IMG/VR virus record: IMGVR_UViG_3300042006_000024
DNA: 64,000 nt
DNA from: a virus
Taxonomy: Duplodnaviria; Heunggongvirae; Uroviricota; Caudoviricetes
Direction: 5' to 3' (one strand)
Below the pieces are notes generated by a model. It was not told where the DNA came from. It did not search any database and saw only the letters and a program-made list of their open reading frames with translations. Shown here piece after piece: positions 62,567-64,000 of this stretch (positions within the stretch are counted from its first letter, which is position 1; each line of letters begins with the position of its first letter). A program made the position numbers and the translations under genes.

Positions 62567-64000
62567 TTATACTGCGCCTTCGATTTCTTCGAACGCGACA
62601 CCAGTGGCAACCGCGATGAAGTTCAGACGAATGACGTTGATCGAACGCGCTGGTTTCACGTAGATATCACCAACGAATTCGTTTGCATCAATCACTTGAG
62701 GCGTGTTGTTCGAGCTATCGCAAATTACTTTGCGGCTGTAGATACCACGACGTGCCTGAATGTCGCCCAGGTATTGATCGGTCGAGTTACGGAACAGCGC
62801 TTGAGTGATGAAGTCGTTCAGTTCGAACAGTTGGTAACGAGCAGAACGCGAGATTGCTTTCTTGATCACGATGAACAGAGTCCGAACGTTGATACGGCTG
62901 AAAGCAGATGGAGCGCGCAATGCAGTCTTGTCACCGAACAGAACAGTACCTTCGCCTTTGAAGGAGACGATGCTGTTGATCGACATCGGATACAGAACGT
63001 CACGTTGAGTCTGGTTAGAACTCCAAGCAAGCTTGATAACGTTTTTCAACACGCCGCGGTTGAGACCTGCAGGGCTGAACCAAGGTTCGTTCTGAACGAA
63101 TACACGAGCATGCAGACCAGCAGCATCCGAGTCACAAGGGATCCAGATATTCTTGTCGTTATACTTGTCGTTGACCAGCTTCCAGTTGTCCACGTTGAAC
63201 GCGTAGCTAGTAGGCTTGTTCAGAGTGGTACCGAAGTACTCGACCAGGTTATCAACGCGGTCAAGGGTGTTGTAGACAGCTTCCAGGGGCGGTGCGTTAA
63301 ACGCGACAGCATCCAGACGACTATCCATAACATCGATTGCACGAACAACGCCTTCAATCGGGTTGAATGCAGTAAACACACGCACGATTTCAACCAGGTC
63401 GTTGTTAGCGAACAGGTCCCAACCAGATACGAAGTCACCGTTAGCCGCAACGTTATCGTCAACACCACTTTTCAGGAGAGCTTCATACTTACCTGTAGTG
63501 AACACGACTTTAGCAACGTCACCCAACAGGATGTATTTCGACTGAGCCTTCAGAACTTCACCGAGCGATGCCGAAGTACCGTCGCTTTTCTTCTGACCAG
63601 TAGCCAGAGTCATCAGTTCATAACGTTCAAGAATAGTGCCAGCGTTACCAGAAATGGAACCGCTTACGTCAACCACGACCACGTTGAAAGTGGTAGCGTC
63701 AGTAGGCGCGTATTCGAATTCGTTTTTGTATGCCCAAGCAGCGTAGCCAACAGAGTTCGCAATGGAGATCTTGACACCGTTTACCATGTCACCAGGGTAA
63801 CGACCGATGAAGCTAATACCATCAAGCTCAATCGAATCATAGTGATCAGTGTTACGCACCAGCGGAGCGAGTACGGCGATATCAGTGTCGTCTGTGATAG
63901 CGTTCTTTGCAGCAGTACCAACAACACGTACGGTTGCCAGAGGCACGCTGTACAGCATATAGTTGGCTGCGGCATGGAAGAATGGGCTAGTTGCAGCATC
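62567..64000 (-). CDS. 18: tail sheath protein gp18 (5' end outside window)
   Basis: WFSPAGLNRG, LFGDKT, RINVRTLF, YVKPARSINVIRLNF. Confidence 0.95.
   Translation of the reverse strand, partial: DAATSPFFHAAANYMLYSVPLATVRVVGTAAKNAITDDTDIAVLAPLVRNTDHYDSIELDGISFIGRYPGDMVNGVKISIANSVGYAAWAYKNEFEYAPTDATTFNVVVVDVSGSISGNAGTILERYELMTLATGQKKSDGTSASLGEVLKAQSKYILLGDVAKVVFTTGKYEALLKSGVDDNVAANGDFVSGWDLFANNDLVEIVRVFTAFNPIEGVVRAIDVMDSRLDAVAFNAPPLEAVYNTLDRVDNLVEYFGTTLNKPTSYAFNVDNWKLVNDKYNDKNIWIPCDSDAAGLHARVFVQNEPWFSPAGLNRGVLKNVIKLAWSSNQTQRDVLYPMSINSIVSFKGEGTVLFGDKTALRAPSAFSRINVRTLFIVIKKAISRSARYQLFELNDFITQALFRNSTDQYLGDIQARRGIYSRKVICDSSNNTPQVIDANEFVGDIYVKPARSINVIRLNFIAVATGVAFEEIEGAV

Noticed and set aside
1-64000. 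CRISPR array, integrase, IS elements, introns/inteins in gp43, gp41, uvsX or gp20, and stop-codon recoding
   Set aside because: No regularly spaced repeats or recombinase/transposase motifs seen; core genes are uninterrupted and of expected length; no suppressor anticodon found

Overview
64 kb of a T4-like (Tevenvirinae-related) lytic myovirus genome; essentially all genes are on the minus strand. Host and genus cannot be assigned from sequence alone (sigma70-type early promoters, T4-type TAAATA late promoters). Left to right: small hypothetical genes, spanins, rIIB/rIIA, an SGNH esterase cassette; a ~5.5 kb tRNA/ncRNA array (16.2-21.7 kb); dsbA, gp41, uvsX, gp1 and gp43; a 7-deazaguanine DNA-modification cluster (glycosyltransferase, QueD paralogue, DpdA, FolE, QueD, QueE; no queC in the window); macrodomain, dexA and a 1300-aa protein with a PARP-type ADP-ribosyltransferase domain; gp46, gp47, gp55, RNase HI, a ~690-nt non-coding gap, uvsW, uvsY, gp3; head genes gp23/22/21/68/67/20; gp19 and partial gp18. 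The most striking signal is in the tRNA array. Besides 11 readable tRNAs it holds a ~177-nt RNA (19435-19611) that reproduces the 23S rRNA uL11-binding domain (H43/H44) with a ~105-nt insertion, several tRNA-like RNAs with aberrant arms (9/3 and 8/4 folds, a double T-arm RNA) and other closed-stem ncRNAs. A YqeY protein and a protein with a bL12-like motif lie nearby. Together these suggest a phage module mimicking parts of the translation apparatus (inference). All assignments come from motif recognition by eye; no searches or folding programs were run.
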